NCBI RefSeq assembly: GCF_009914755.1
Contig: NC_060936.1
Length of the DNA: 64,000 nt
Direction: 5' to 3' (one strand)
DNA from: the human T2T-CHM13v2.0 reference genome, Homo sapiens
Made by a program: the position numbers and the translations under genes. The notes beneath the pieces were generated by a model. The model saw nothing but the letters and a program-made list of their open reading frames with translations, was not told the DNA's origin and made no database searches. Every line of letters starts with the position of its first letter. The first letter of the stretch is position 1. Positions 36,098 through 54,022 of this stretch are shown here, in pieces.

Positions 36098-36720
36098 TAG
36101 TAAAGATGAGGTTTCACCATGTTGGCCAGGCTGGTCTTGAACTCCTGACCTCGTGATCCGCCTGCCTTGGCCTCCCAAAGTGCTGGGATTATAGGCAGGA
36201 GCCACTGCGCCGGGTGTAAATCTAAGTCTTAAACTTGTCTGTTGCCTGTTTGTCAATTTGTGATGGTTCTGTTGTGGCACTTTTGAGCTCAACCATGAAA
36301 GGAAAAGAAACAAGGGACCATTTGCTCAGTGTGTCTCATCCTTTATTCTACCACTTTATATCTCAGGGATGTGACCTACTCTTGTTCGTAATGATCATTA
36401 ACTGTGACAGGGACCCTCAGTGGATGGGGCATGTGTAGGGGAAAAGGGTGTTTAAAATTTTAGATATGTTTAGTTACAAAGAGCCCTCCAGGTGATTTTG
36501 ATGTCTCTTCACCTTGTGAATCATTGATGCACCAGATAAATGTTCAAATGATATATGACAGCAGAGCAGAGAAGTACATTTTCTTCAGTTGACATTTTTG
36601 AGTTGTCAGTACAATACTGACTTTAGTTTTTAATTTGCATTGCACTACCAAGTAAATTAGTTGAATTTGTCAGTTGAAGTACAACACCAAAAAGAATAAT
36701 TCCTAAATATAAAATGATAG

Positions 36721-37797
<1,077 letters not shown>

Positions 37798-39602
37798 TAA
37801 ATTCTGTTTTTATAGTTTGGTATTGAATTGTAAATATCAGGAGAAAAAAATGAGTTTGCTTTCTTTAGTTTTGTGGTTAAGTATCAATATAACCTAGGTC
37901 TTGGAAACTGTATCTGTATTTTTAGGGGTTGTATTGGGTTCTTTTTCTTTTTCTTGGTAAAAATGAGATTGGTAAATTTGGAGTATGTAATGGTGTATAC
38001 TAGTGCCCAAATATGAGATTCTTTATATGTATTTAGATAATTATCATAGTGTATCATATTTGAATATTATACAATTTCAAATGTATTGTTAATAAAAAAT
38101 CACAGTTTGATTTAATTGAAAAGTGGCTGAGACATAATTTTTTATTATAAGAAATATTGTGAGCTGGGTATGGTAATATATGCATGTAGTCTTAGCTACT
38201 CAGGAGGCTGAGGCAGGAGAATCCCTCGAGTCCAGGAGTTTGAGTCCAGCCTGGGCAACATAGTGAGACCTTGTCTCTTAAAAATAAATAAAAAAATAAA
38301 TAAAAATTTAAAATAATTAAGAAATATTGTGGAAAAATTGCATGTGAATAAACACTTCTTTTTAAAGGCTCTACTTTTCAAGAATGGATTGACAGTATAT
38401 GTGTGTGTCAGATTATACGTGTGTGTGTGTATCAAATTTAGAGTAGATTTGAAGTTACTGGATTTATCACCATTATACCTGGAATTAGCTAGTCACCGTT
38501 ATACCTTGTTGATGATGCTGAAACTATGCCCCTCACTAAGATAGTTTTTATTATGAAGTGACTCAGAAATGTCAATTTTAATGAAAAAAGTTATTGGCGT
38601 ACTTGTTCATTTTGGAATAATTGAAGCAATTGTTTATGCCTGTACTTCAGAAGCTGTGTGGAAAATACGTAATATCCTTTCTAAGTATCAGTCTGCATTC
38701 AAAGACAAAATATTTGAATCTTCTGAATACTTCAGTTCCAGTGAAACAGTCCACAGGATTTTCATGCCAAAAAACCCATATGTGCTGAAGAATGGTGAAC
38801 ACCGCCTTATCTAGATTCCACCCCTTGCCCTAATTAAACACCAGTGCTGGCAGCGATGCATTCTCCGTATACCCACTGTAATTACTACACAATCCTAAAA
38901 TTGTATAACTTTGGTCCAAAAAACGAAGGGTGCAATTTTAAAGTAAAGTGAAACACTGCAATGAGATACAGAGACAGAGAATGCTAATTAATAGATTATA
39001 GTCAGCCAGCAGTGGGGCCTAATTAAACTCTGCATTCATTATACCCTCCATAGCCCTCAGAGGTCAGGCATCTTCCACTTGATAAAGAAGATTGGTTTAA
39101 TAGGATTTACAGTAATTAAATGGTTTCCCCATTTCAGTTTGAGACTGGGGATTTAGGTCCATTCTAAATATTGGATCTGATTGGACCATAGAGATCTTGT
39201 TCTAGGATCCTATTAGATGTAAAGACGCATTTGCTTAGAATTACTTGATATGTGTGGTTCTTTATTATGGAGTTCTTTTAGAAGATGTTTCTGATATAAA
39301 TACTCAGCAATTTTTATGTCTCATCCTTTTGTTACTGAACTTTCAAATACTGCTGGTTGGAGAGTTAGAATAGTATGTAACAGGGAAGGCTTTTTCTTTT
39401 TCTTTTTTAAAATTGGGAGTCAGGAAGGTTTTTGGTGTATGTTTGACAAAGAATGAAAATCTAGCTGTGAGCTTGGTGGAACTGCAGAGCTACTAAGACT
39501 TTGGATGGGGCCGGGCTCAGTGGCTCATGCCTATAATCCCAGCACTTTGGGAGGCTGAGGTGGGCGGATCACGAGGTCAGGAGATCGAGACCATCCTGGC
39601 TA

Positions 39603-39869
<267 letters not shown>

Positions 39870-40261
39870 TTATGCCTTGAAATAATTCTGTATGTTAAAT
39901 TTAGTTGGAAGCTTATTTTAAAAATGTTTATTTAAAGCACTGTCATTGAAATATTTCATGAACAAAATACTGTTTAATATTATAGGACGGCAGGTGAATT
40001 TAATGTTTTTTGCCTTGTGTGTTGTGTTTCTTCTCTTTTTGGAGTCTGATTTTTATGTTGCTCATTTACTTAGGAATCGAGAATTTCTAGTTCAGAACTG
40101 CAAAAAGATAACCTTGTGTAATTCTTTGTCATTTTTTTTTCTCATTATTTGGAGACTTTTGACTATTAACATTTATATAATTTTAGGTTGTATCTTGATT
40201 TGCCGCATGATAAAAGCCATTATTATTTGCCATTAAATAAACTTTTTTTTTTTTTTTTTGA

Positions 40262-40366
<105 letters not shown>

Positions 40367-42789
40367 TGAGTAGCTGGAACTGCAGGTGCACGCCACCACG
40401 CCCGGCTAATTTTTTGTATTTTTAGTAGAGATGGTGTTTCGCCATGTTGGGCAGGCTGGTCTCAAACTCCTGGCCTCAGGTGATCTGTCAACCTCGGCCT
40501 CCCAAAGTGTTGGGATTACAGGTGTGAGCCACTGCTCCTGGCCTTAAATAAACTTTGTCATGAGGTTGCTAGTTGTTTCACTGTCATTTAAAGTCTGATC
40601 TTAAAATTTGGGATCTATGTCTTAGATTATTGTTTTAATTTTCTTTTTGATAATTCTGTTTTAACAAGGAGATGTAGATAAATTGGTATCCTTGTTTATT
40701 GCCCAGATAAGTTTAATCTTTTTTGTTGTTTCAGAAGGGGAATGTGTTAAAGGCACTATGCAGAGTGCCATGAGAAAATGAAATCAAATGTAAAATGGAT
40801 AATGTTCCTTTTGGGGAGTTAACAATCATTTCGAGAAGCAAAATTTGTACATGTATGGCTTACAGAAATTTGAACTATGCATTTATCAGGTCTTGATCAT
40901 AGGTGAAGGTATTTAAATCAGTGTGGGAAATTTGCTTCTTTTACAGTTGGTAAGTTTGCTTATCTGGAATGTAGTGAAGTATGAAAAATAATTAAGCAGA
41001 GCTAATAAAAATGTTGCACAAATATGAGATAGGGCTTATATGAAGAAATAAGGGCAGAGTTTGCCAGATAATTGCAGTTTCTCTCTCACTTTTTATTTTC
41101 CTCTGTCTTTTTGGATCTCATAGTGCAGTGTAGTGTGTGATCTCATCTCAGTGAAATAAAATTGTTTTTAGAGATTTGCTAATTTACAGCAAATTTGCAG
41201 ATAGCATCTTAAATATAATTTGGGGGTCCTCTTTATTGTGCAAAAGAAATCAGAAAATGGGTTTAGTTTTTAGTTACATTAATGTTAATCAGTGGAGGTC
41301 ATAGTTTCATTTTTTAACATTTAAAACCGTACCACCCTCTGGAACTTGCCATCTGTTATGAGTGCACTGTTATGCCCAGAAGAGTATAGGAGGTGCTTAG
41401 AAACCATACTTTATAAGAAATGGCTGAAGGAACTCAAGAAGAGAAGACTTGCAACATTTTAATTATACTCTTAAGTATTTGGTGGACAGCCATGTTGAAG
41501 GAGATTTTTCCTTTTTTCTTTCTTTGTTAGTATTGTTTTTGGAGAACAAACACTGGAAAAATGAGCACAAATATTAAGGTTTTAAATTTTGGCTGCAAGG
41601 AGGAATGGATTTTTGAAAAAAGCTATATCCGGCCGGGCGCAGTGGCTCACGTTTGTAAGCCCAGCACTTTGGGAGGCCGAGGCGGGCAGATCATGAGGTC
41701 AGGAGATCCAGAGCATCCTGGCTAACATGGTGAAACCCTGTCTCTACTAAAAATGCAAAAAATTAGCTGGGCTTGGTGGCGGGCACCTATAGTCCCAGCT
41801 ACTCGGGAGGCTGAGGCAGGAGAATAGCGTGAACCCGGGAGGCGGCTCTTGCAGTGAGCCCGAGATTGCGCCACTGCACTCCAGCCTGGGCGACAGAGCA
41901 AGACTCCGTCTCAAAAAAAAAAAAAGAAAAAGAAAAAAACTATTTCCATTTGATGAAAGAACAGTTTCACAAAGTAATGCTTCATCATCACTAGAAGTGG
42001 TCACTGGGAGGTCAGATTGCCTTCTGACAGCTGCGTGGGTGCCCTAAGTCATTGAACTCTTCACAACGCCCAAGGGGGTATGGCATCAAGTGGTACTTTG
42101 TGGAGAAACATTTAGGGAGTTTACCCCATCCTCCCAGGTCCTTTTGTCCTTTTTCTCCCTCCCCATCTCCTTTCCTTCTTTTATGACAATTTTGTTGAGA
42201 TATAATTGAATTCACCCTTTAAAGTATAGTTTTTTCTTTTTTTTTTTGAGACGGAGTCTCGCTCTGTTGCCCAGGCTGGAGTGCAGTGGTGGGATCTCGG
42301 CTCACTGCAACCTCCGCCTCCCAGGTTCAAGCAGTTCTCTGCCTCAGCCTCCCAAGCAGCTGGGATTACAGGCACACGCCACCATGCCCTGCTAATTTTT
42401 GTATTTTTAGTAGAGACAGGGTTTCACCATCTTGGCCAGACTGGTCTTGAATTCCTGACCTGGTGATCTACCTGCTTCGGCCTCCCAAAGTGCTAAGATT
42501 ACAGGCGTGAGCCACTGTGCCCAGCCTTTTCTTTCTTAATCTGATTTACTCAATGAAGATTTTGAAGAAAGTAATAGTAAGTTGCCCTAGGGAGTTCTTG
42601 AACGAGGGCATAAATGATGTAATAAAAAATACTGTTCAGGAGCAGCTTTTACTGCTGTCAGCAGAGTGGATTGAAGAAAAGGTGGGGAAAGGAAATGAGT
42701 TTCTTGTAGAAGACCTGGATTAAACAGGGTAATAGGAATGGAGAAGAAGGTGCACATCCATGAGATTTTCAAAGAAATATTTGGATATA

Positions 42790-43420
<631 letters not shown>

Positions 43421-44851
43421 ATTTGGATATAGACGGCAAGAGAGAAGAATACAGTGAACCATGGTATTGAGATTGGGGAACTCTTTTCCCTACGATTAAC
43501 AACGGAAATGGATTAGAAAGTGGAACTAAATTTAGAGTAAGGAATGATGAATTTGGTTTTAATTATTTGAATAAAAGTTTTTCATAAGAATTTGGAGATA
43601 AGAGACTAATGACTGTGACCTCAGGTACATGCATATAGATGTTATAAAGGTGTGCTTGTTAATGTTGGGGAACTCACTTTTCTAGTTAATTCAGTATCAG
43701 CTACATGCCTCTGCTTATGGGAGTAAGAAGTGGAGAGGGAGAAGCCATTAGAAGATACAGTTTTATATATATGTTCTCATCCAGCTCGATTTGTGTTTTG
43801 GTTCTCTGTCTTTATTGTGGTATTTTTGTTTGACAGCAGATACCTTGAGTGATTCTCTCAATTCCTGAAAGTTATTATTTATTAAAGTTAATACTGATTT
43901 ATGATTTTTTTACAAACTTCTACTATTAGATGTCCCTTATTTTGTTTTAGTTAACAACAAGTTTATTGGAGATCATGTACCTACCTCTGTTGTGATAAAT
44001 TAGGAGTGACTTTGGGAAAAAGAGAAATATTACAAAAAATGTGCTTTCAGTGAGGAAATGATAAATTTTGTTTTTGAAAATGTTCTTTTCTTCCCTTATG
44101 GACAAGATTAGAAATGCTTTTATGAACTGTTTTTGTGCTACCATACACATTTCTAAAAATACTCATTTTTCTTTTTCTTTTTTTCTTTTTTCTTTTTTTT
44201 TTTTTTTGAGACGGAGTCTCGCTCTGTCAACCAGGCTGGAGTGCAGTGGCGCAATACTCCGCCTCCCGAGTTCATGTCATTCTCCTGCCTCAGCCTCCCG
44301 AGTAGCTGAGACTACAGGCACCCACCACCATGCCCGGCTAATTTTTTGTATTTTTAGTGGAGACGGGATTTCACCGTGTTAGCCGGGATGGTCTCCATCT
44401 CCTGACCTCGTGATCCGCCCACCTAGGCCTCCCAAAGTGCTGGGTTTACAGGCGTGAGCCACCGTGCCCGGCCTAAAAATACTCATTTTTCTTTCCAGAT
44501 TTGGAAAGTTAGTCTTTAACGTAGATCTTTTCCTTTGATTTTTCCATATATTAACAATACTTACTGAACCCTTTCCCCCTTTATTTTGCCAGTCTTTTCT
44601 ACGTAATAGGCTTTCCTTCCTAATACTGGATTGCAGTGACACTTGCTTAATTTCATATGTGGTGACTGTATAGGCCGAGAAAGTGAGATAGTTCAGCCTT
44701 AATGTACACAGTGTACCATCTCTTACCGGTGGCTGGTAGCTTATGTACTTTCAGAGAATGTGGTATGCAAAGATCTGTGTAGCTTTGAAGTCATCCTGAG
44801 ATAACTGCTCTGATCTTAAATGATCCTCAGATACTTGAAGAGTCCTCTGTA

Positions 44852-45065
44852 GCAGTAATTCTTAAACTTGTTGGCCACAGGACCTCTGTATATTGTAAAA
44901 ATTATTAAGGACCCCAAGCAGCTTTTGTTTATGTAGGTTATATCTACCAATATTTGTCATATTAGATACTAAAATAAAAAAATAATATTTATTAGTACAT
45001 TTAGAAACAATAAACCTAATAAATGTTATCATAAGTAACGTTTTAAAATGAAAAACAGTTTTGCA
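44852..45065. mobile_element. Charlie1-like DNA transposon terminal fragment
   Basis: cagtaattcttaaact...aaaattattaaggaccccaagcagcttttgtttatgtaggttatatctac. Confidence 0.65.
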
Positions 45066-45093
45066 AGTCTCTCTTTCTTTTTTTTTTTTTTGA

Positions 45094-45252
<159 letters not shown>

Positions 45253-45899
45253 TAGTAGAGACAGGGTTTTGCCATGTTGGCCAGGCTGGTCTGGAACTCC
45301 TGACCTCAGGTGATCCACCTGCCTCAGCCTCCCAAAGTGCTGGGATTACAGGCGTGAGCCACCGTACCCAGCCTAGTTTTGCATGTCTCTCTAAGGAAAG
45401 GAGGACTACAAATCTAAAGGCCTTATGTGGGTCTTCTGCCTCTTGTAAGAGGCTGCCACTAGAGTGCTCACTAGGTCACTCTTTAGCTGAGATCTCTGTT
45501 ACTTGTTCAGTATTGTAATAAAATATTATGACCTGTGACATCAACATGGATTAACAAGTATCTGGCTTCTTGGTCAAGGGTTAGGAAGTTACACTGTTCT
45601 TTAGTAACAGTGAGCAATGGGAAAATGCTGTGAGTAATGGTGAGGAATGGTAACTTTGTTGATTTGTTGTTGATAGCATGTATTTCTTGACCCTTAGAGA
45701 GGTTCTTTGGGTGGGCTGTCTTAAGGAAGCCCTTATATTGTAGTTGGCTAACCAACAGGCCCGCGCCATCACACCCAGCTAATTTTTGTATTTTTAGTAG
45801 AGACGGGGTGTTGCCATGGTGGCCAGGCTGGTCTCAATCTCCAGACCTCAGATGATCCACCCGCCTTGGCCTCCCAAAGTGCTGGCATTACAGGTGTGA

Positions 45900-46109
<210 letters not shown>

Positions 46110-46143
46110 TAGCTAGGATGGTCTTAACCTCCAGACCTGGTGA

Positions 46144-46443
<300 letters not shown>

Positions 46444-46754
46444 TGATCCACCCACCTTGGCCTCCCAAAGTGCTGGGATTACAGGTGTGAGCCACCGCAC
46501 TCGGCCTAGTATTTTTAATTTTTTTTTTTTTAAACCCAGTTGCATTGTATTTATGTGATAAACCTACAGCATTTGTTGTATTTCAAAGAAGCATTTTTGG
46601 GAACTAAGTTTGTTTTATAGGACTTAAAATTTGAAAAATTGGGAGAATACATTCAAAAAATGTTCTTTTGATTATCTTTCATGGATTTGATAGCCTGCAT
46701 AATAAGTAATTTCTTCTTTTCACATGACTCCTCTTCCTGGGCATAGGAACTTAA

Positions 46755-47192
<438 letters not shown>

Positions 47193-49344
47193 TGAGCCAC
47201 TGCGCCCGGCCTGTACAGAGTATTTTCAAGAGATGAAGCAGGTAAAAGGTTATTTACTTAAATGGTAGCAGATAAATTTTTGGATTTCTCTTGGTATTTC
47301 TGATGAAAGATACTTATTTTAAAGGGATAGTGTATTGGGTCTCAATTGTTGGAAAGTTGTGGGAACACTGGCTGTTAGAATAACTGGGGGCAGAAGGTGT
47401 TTCTAGGATTTAGGGTGGAGAGGTCTTAAAGTTACCACATTCCCCTCACTGCTTAGGACAGGTCTGCATACTGAAAAGCTTTCCCTCATACCATATGATT
47501 TTCATATGTCTTGCTAGGAATTTGATAGGTGAAAAAAATCTGCTTATAGTCATTTGAGCCAAGATCCTATAACTAAATAAATGTGTGTAAGTGCATTAGC
47601 ATTGTTTGACTGAGGACGAAGTTGATAGAAGATTATACTTCGTTTTGTTTGTAACTTTACCTAGAACTTTTGCCATTTTGGAAAAGCACTTCAACAGCAA
47701 CATTGCATGTTGCTAATGCTACTGTCTCTTTAGCTTCTGTTTGCATAGTCTTTTGGTGTAGTTGTGCCCTGGCATTTACATGTTAACATACATACTATTT
47801 TATTATAAATTCTTTCTTTTCATTTTTCCTTCATACAGCATTATATAATTTTTTTTTGAAACCGTATGTGGGAGTGGGCTTATTATCTGTGCATTTCAGG
47901 ATAGTGAAGGGCATATTTACAAAATGTTTGTTATAAAATGGGAGAGTATTAAGTCTGATAAGCCTGAAATTCACTGGTGTCATAGATGGAACACTGAATC
48001 AGGAGAGCTGCATTTTAGTTCTGATCCTGGCTTTGCCAGGTGTGTAGCCATGGCAGTATTTAAGCGTTTTGAATGCCAGTTTCCTCATCTTTAAAACCCA
48101 TAGAGTTGGACTAGGTGATCTTTAGAGTCTTTCTTCTGAAATTACTTGATTTTGTTTTTGTCAGTTATCCTAGTGGAATTCTCTAAGAGTCTGTTCACTT
48201 TGATCATAATGCCCAAATTCAAAACTGATTCATATGACCAAGTTGAGTGCTTCTGGGAAGGAGAAATACATGACTAATGAAGTTCTTTTCAAGGTAGATG
48301 GGAGAAAATCAGTGTTTACATCTAAAGGGCAAAGAGCCTTCATGTGAATTTCATCAGTTGACAAATGGGGATCATAATACTTGTATTGTTGTTGGAATAT
48401 TTAAGTGAGATTAAAGAAGATAATATTTATAAATTATGGACAAGACTACCTGACATAATAGGTATGCAGATAAAAGTTGAATTAAAATTAAGTCAAACAT
48501 TTCTTAAATACAAATACATTTTATAATATATTTTGAAGTATGAAATATACCTTTCATGATCTGCTACCAGAGGCAAACAGTAGCATGGGACCTATAAAAT
48601 TTTTTTAGAAAGTGGGTCACAGTGGATAATAAGTTTCATTTGGATAACTAATCACTACCAGCCCAGCCTTAATATTCCTGTAGGAGTTATCAGGAACTTT
48701 GAGTAGAGTAATTAGCTCTCAGGATTTTCAGTTACAGTCATATTCATTATTTAACATTTTTATTTCCACAATGACTCATCCATGAATTATGGAGTGCTTT
48801 CCCAAAAGGAATGTAGTATTGCTGGAAATGAATTTTTTATTGCTCTATTTTCTTTCTTTGGTAAGGGGTTCCTTGTTGGTTAGTTGGGCCCAAAACTCTC
48901 CACAAATAATTTAAAATACGTGCTTTTGTATGAAGATGACTTAACAAGGCAGTGGAGATTTCTCTTGAATGGGCAACATAGAATGCTTAAATTTTCTTAT
49001 TCTGCTTATTTTAAATTATTAATTTTTGTACTGTGGTCCTGTACTGTGCTTTTTAAATTCTTACATGATAAGTGTATGTCACTAAAAGGTATACTTTGCT
49101 CACAATTTCCCTATTATTTACTCCACTGACATTAAAATTGTAGCATTACATCTGAGGTTCCCTTTGGTTTTTATGTATCATTTGCTGTTGTATCCTTTAA
49201 AAAATAGTGTAATAGATTTGTCAGTGAAAATGATGTCTTACTGTGATGCTGTTATCAAAGGCATCTCTGAGTACCTATGATAGAGAACTAGTGAAGGGGT
49301 TAATATCTATTGTAGATATAGATGCTAATATATCTAGACTCTTA

Positions 49345-49550
49345 TAGATGCTAGTAATTATTATAGAACATTTATAGATACCATCCTAGATGCTTTCATA
49401 TACATTGCTTCTAATCCTTACTAACAGTTCTGTAGGTAAGCAATGTTGTCCTCATTTATAGGTGAGGAAATTGAAAATTAAGAGAGGAATTTGTTCAGGT
49501 TTCACATCTAGCAAGTGACAGATATTGGTCCGTCTGGCTACAAAGCCAAA
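49345..49550 (-). mobile_element. MIR
   Basis: ctcatttataggtgaggaaattga core. Confidence 0.65.
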
Positions 49551-50204
49551 TGTCATTGTGTTTTTGACTAAGGACAAATGAATGAAGTGTACATACTAGT
49601 TTAAAATATTTATTGAAAAATTAATATTCAGTCATTTATTAAATGTAAAAGATGGCATTAAAATTCCTCTGTGTTTTGTTGGAGGAGGAAATACAAGAAT
49701 AGGTGTATCATAGGATCCAAAGGCTCCTGAGAAGGGGTTAACATTGAGAGAAGGGGTAGAGAAAAGAGATAATAGGTGATCAGTTGAGAAGATGATAAAT
49801 ATAATTTGATTACTTTAAATAATCAGTCAACATCAGCAGGTGTAAATGACATACATCAGTACTTTTCTTGTTTTGATTAGGCAGGAAGCAGTAGAGTAAT
49901 GATTCCCAGACTTGCATTTTGCACACTAGCAAAATAAAATATAAATAACAGAAAAAAAGTGGGGGAGACTGGCATAGGATTGTCAAATAAAAACAATTAA
50001 AAAGTGATACATGACTACATAGTATTACTGTTGTTTTATAAGGGGAAGGTCAATCTAACACCAAAGGAATTGTGCATCATTCCACAATAAGAGACAGTTC
50101 TTTCAAGAAAATACAGATTTTAACTTTGTAGTGACAGTTTTATTAAGGCAACTTGGTCATGGACTGGCTTTGAGAAACATTAGTTTATAATAGGGAACAC
50201 CACA

Positions 50205-50490
50205 TTATAGCCAAATCCTTCCTACAGGAGTTGTACATCCTATAAGCAAAGAATGGCTTTTACATTTTTAAATGATTAAAAAATTAATATATTGTGATAT
50301 GTGAAAATTATATGAAATTCAAAATTCAGTGTGCATAAATAAAGTTTTATTGGGACACAGCTATGTTTATTTTTGTATTATATATGGCTGCTTTCACACC
50401 AGTGGTAGATAGAGTAGTTGTGATAGAGTCTATATGACTTACTAGACCTGAAATACAGTGTCTACTCTCTGGCCTTTTACAAAGTTTTTC
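50205..50490. mobile_element. MER58-like fossil
   Basis: aagaatggcttttacatttttaaatg...ataaataaagttttattgggacacagc...ctctggccttttac. Confidence 0.7.
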
Positions 50491-50517
50491 AATACTTTGT
50501 TTGGATAACAGAGTAAA

Positions 50518-50740
50518 TAATAATAGCTAACACTTGTGTAGTGTTTACTAAGAAACAGGCCCTGTTTTATGTGCTCTATGTTATTAACCATCATAACAAT
50601 TTTATGAGGTAGGTACTGTTTATTGAAGTGGAAACTGAGGCTGAGAGTAAGTTGCCCAAGGTCACATGGCTGTTAGGTGGCAGAGGCAGCCTTCTGCCTA
50701 GATGGTGCCACTCCACGGTACATGCTTCATCACTGCACTT
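50518..50740 (-). mobile_element. MIR
   Basis: aataatagctaacacttg...tatgaggtagg...ggaaactgaggc...ttgcccaaggtcaca. Confidence 0.75.
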
Positions 50741-53221
50741 GGCTAGCAGAGAAGGAAATCAGAGACTTCAGGATGTGACGCACCCTTCACATTTGCCGTA
50801 GTTGTTTTAGGAAAAGAGGAAAGTAGCCTTATTCTATAGTTGCCTGAAGTGTTATCACTGAGTAGTTGAATGAAGAATTCAGCATTAATTACTTCATGAT
50901 GCATGAACATTTGGTGTATTTTTATGTGACCCAGTGGATTTTCCCCAGAGGTCTGTTGATTGAAATGTCCTACTTATTGATGTCCTACTTATTGAACTTT
51001 TGAACAAATAAATCTGTTATTTCTGAACTATTGAGTTCATTTTTGGTATAATTAGAATAATAAATTACACTATTAACTTGGTGGAGGGTAACTGTTTCTC
51101 TATCATAAATATTTATCGTGTTGTTCTTAAGGAGCATAAGGCATAAGCCCCCCGTCATTGATTTAATTTAAAAATAAAACATTTATTGACACATACAGAA
51201 ATATTTTAATTAAAAATTGTTAAATGGCTTTTTTAATGTCTATATATATTCTACCCCCCACCCCCCAAAAAAAGCCATTGTATGCCAAAGCCCGAAAGAA
51301 GAATTACATTACCAGTAGTTGGATTTTTGGCTGAATCTATTCAAGGGGAAATCACTATTTTCGTTTTAGAGATGGCTTTGGGTGGAGGAGGTAAGGTTTC
51401 AAGAACTGGTTGAATGAAAGAATATTGACAAGTAAGTGAATAAACTAGAATTAGTGTGACCACTTCTGATTTCTCAAATAATGTGTTTACAAACAGTGTT
51501 CCTACATTGTAATGGCAGTATAAAATGCTGATTTAAATAAATAGAAGTTTAGTGGCTACACTTTTTCTTAGTTAAACCTCACTATATTCTGGATTTAAAA
51601 ATGACAGTAACTAATGTTAGTTTTGTGCTCCTCTGAAGGTTAGAAACCTGTTATATGTGTCTAAAACGGGTTTTAATGGGTTTAAGACCACAGAGAAGAT
51701 AGGACTGACACTTTAGTAAGATTCTTTTTTTCAATCTATTTAATTGTTCTATGATTTTACCTTATTCAAGGTGATGGAGGGTGAATTAGGGTGGGTAAAG
51801 GGTAGGGGGAATTGAGACAGTGGTTAAGGTTGATTTTTGACTTGTAGTTCGCTTTCATCTTTAAATTGTGGAAGTCGCCTTCCTTTGTTCATTTTGAAGT
51901 TTTGGGCAAAATGTTCTCAGGCTAGATGCAGGTAATGCAGGTAACAGCGGCCAGCACTTCCCATACTAGAGGGCGTTGACTTTCTCAAAGTGTTGACTCG
52001 TTTGTGATGTTTTTGCATTTGTTTGGTTTCTGTTTGCTGCTATGTTGTTGCTCTTCCCAGTATGGGATAGGGTTATGGTATTAGTAGAATTACAGTGTTA
52101 GTGGTTTTTCTTCCTCTTCCCATTCCATCCATAACCTTGACACTCATAATTTTGAAACCTATCGTTCATTACAAGGGTTAAAATCTAAAATGTGACTGTG
52201 CAGGTTGAGATGGCATGTTACAGCTCCTGCCACCTCTTTTTCTTGTGACAGATGGCTTCCCCTCCTGGTTGTAATCCACTGCTGATTTTTTTCAAAGAGC
52301 GAATACCATGTGTTCCCCATTTTGGCTCTGGTTGTGTTCTGCCCACTCATTGGCTTCAGAGGATCTTGAAACAGGAGGTACTTGCTGCTGGCATTTATGG
52401 CAGGAAGTGGATACAATTGCGATACTTTGTGCCAAGTGTTCATTTATTAGAAAAATTGTGCTTCCTAAAATTAAACATTATTTCTCTGTCACATCAAGAG
52501 TAAAGCTAAATTTTATTACTTTTTAGAATATGCTTTTCCCTTAATGTTGTATTATAAAAATTTTTTGGTGGCAAATTTATTACAAAATAGATTTTTAAAT
52601 CTGAATTTCACATACTCAAAGATTTATAGTCTGTGCAAGACATTGAATGAGTAGCTCTAATTGCACTAGTATAATATAATTACGAAAGGGATCTGTATCA
52701 CAGAGACTTCTGATCACAGAAACAGTTGGAATTGTTTGTGATGTGTGGTATTGAACTTGTGATTGCATATGCTTTGTGGTACCTATAGACAGTAGTGTTT
52801 GTCTATTTTAACTCTCTTGCTTCGGATCTCCCCTTGAGTAGATTCAGCTAAATAAGTTATAAATTTCACCATCTTAGGCCTTCTTGAAAATTATAAGTAT
52901 CTGAGACAGCTTAATTTCATAAAGCTACTGTGCATATTTGGAAGTATGGTGTTTGGTTTTTTAAAAAAACCTGGCAGGCCAGAGTAAGCAAATTGTTTTT
53001 TTATGTTTTTGTCAAGAAACACCCCAAGATAAATGTAAACAAATATTTGCGCATTACCGTCATTGATACTGGAATTTGACATTTCTGTCCTCAGAAGTCA
53101 CTGTTCTGTCAGAGTCTGCTGTACTTGCCTGAGTGAATAGTGCAGGATTGGCAAAAACGTTGCCTGCTCATGGCAGATCATCTCTAAATCTCTCTTGACA
53201 ACATCTCTAGCTGAACCCAGA

Positions 53222-53421
53222 TCAGTGATTCTCAACCTTGGCTGCATATTGGTATCACTGAGAAACTTAAAAAACAAACAAACCAAAACCTGATGCCTGA
53301 GTCTCACCCAAACCCTCAGATAATTTGATTTGATTGGGCTTGGGGGTGGTCTTGCTGTGGAGATTTAAAAAATCTCCCCAGGTCATTCTAATGTGAAGTC
53401 AAGGTTGGTTGAGAACCACTG
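53222..53421. mobile_element. MER5A/B-like fossil
   Basis: TIR-like termini cagtgattctcaacc ... ggttgagaaccactg. Confidence 0.78.
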
Positions 53422-53578
53422 GCTACTACAAATGGATAAGAGTTGGTAGTGTGAACTGAAATGTATTTGCCATCCTCAGTCTAGTGAGGGGATTTTCTAA
53501 CCATGCCACAATATATAAACAATTTGCAGTTTGAATGGATAGAGGTTGGTTATCATTGGAATTTGAAAGGACAAATGA

Positions 53579-54022
<444 letters not shown>

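Noticed and set aside
45456-45467. CTCF-like CCACTAGAGTGC
   Set aside because: Mismatch at a normally conserved G. A single motif cannot be supported without ChIP data.
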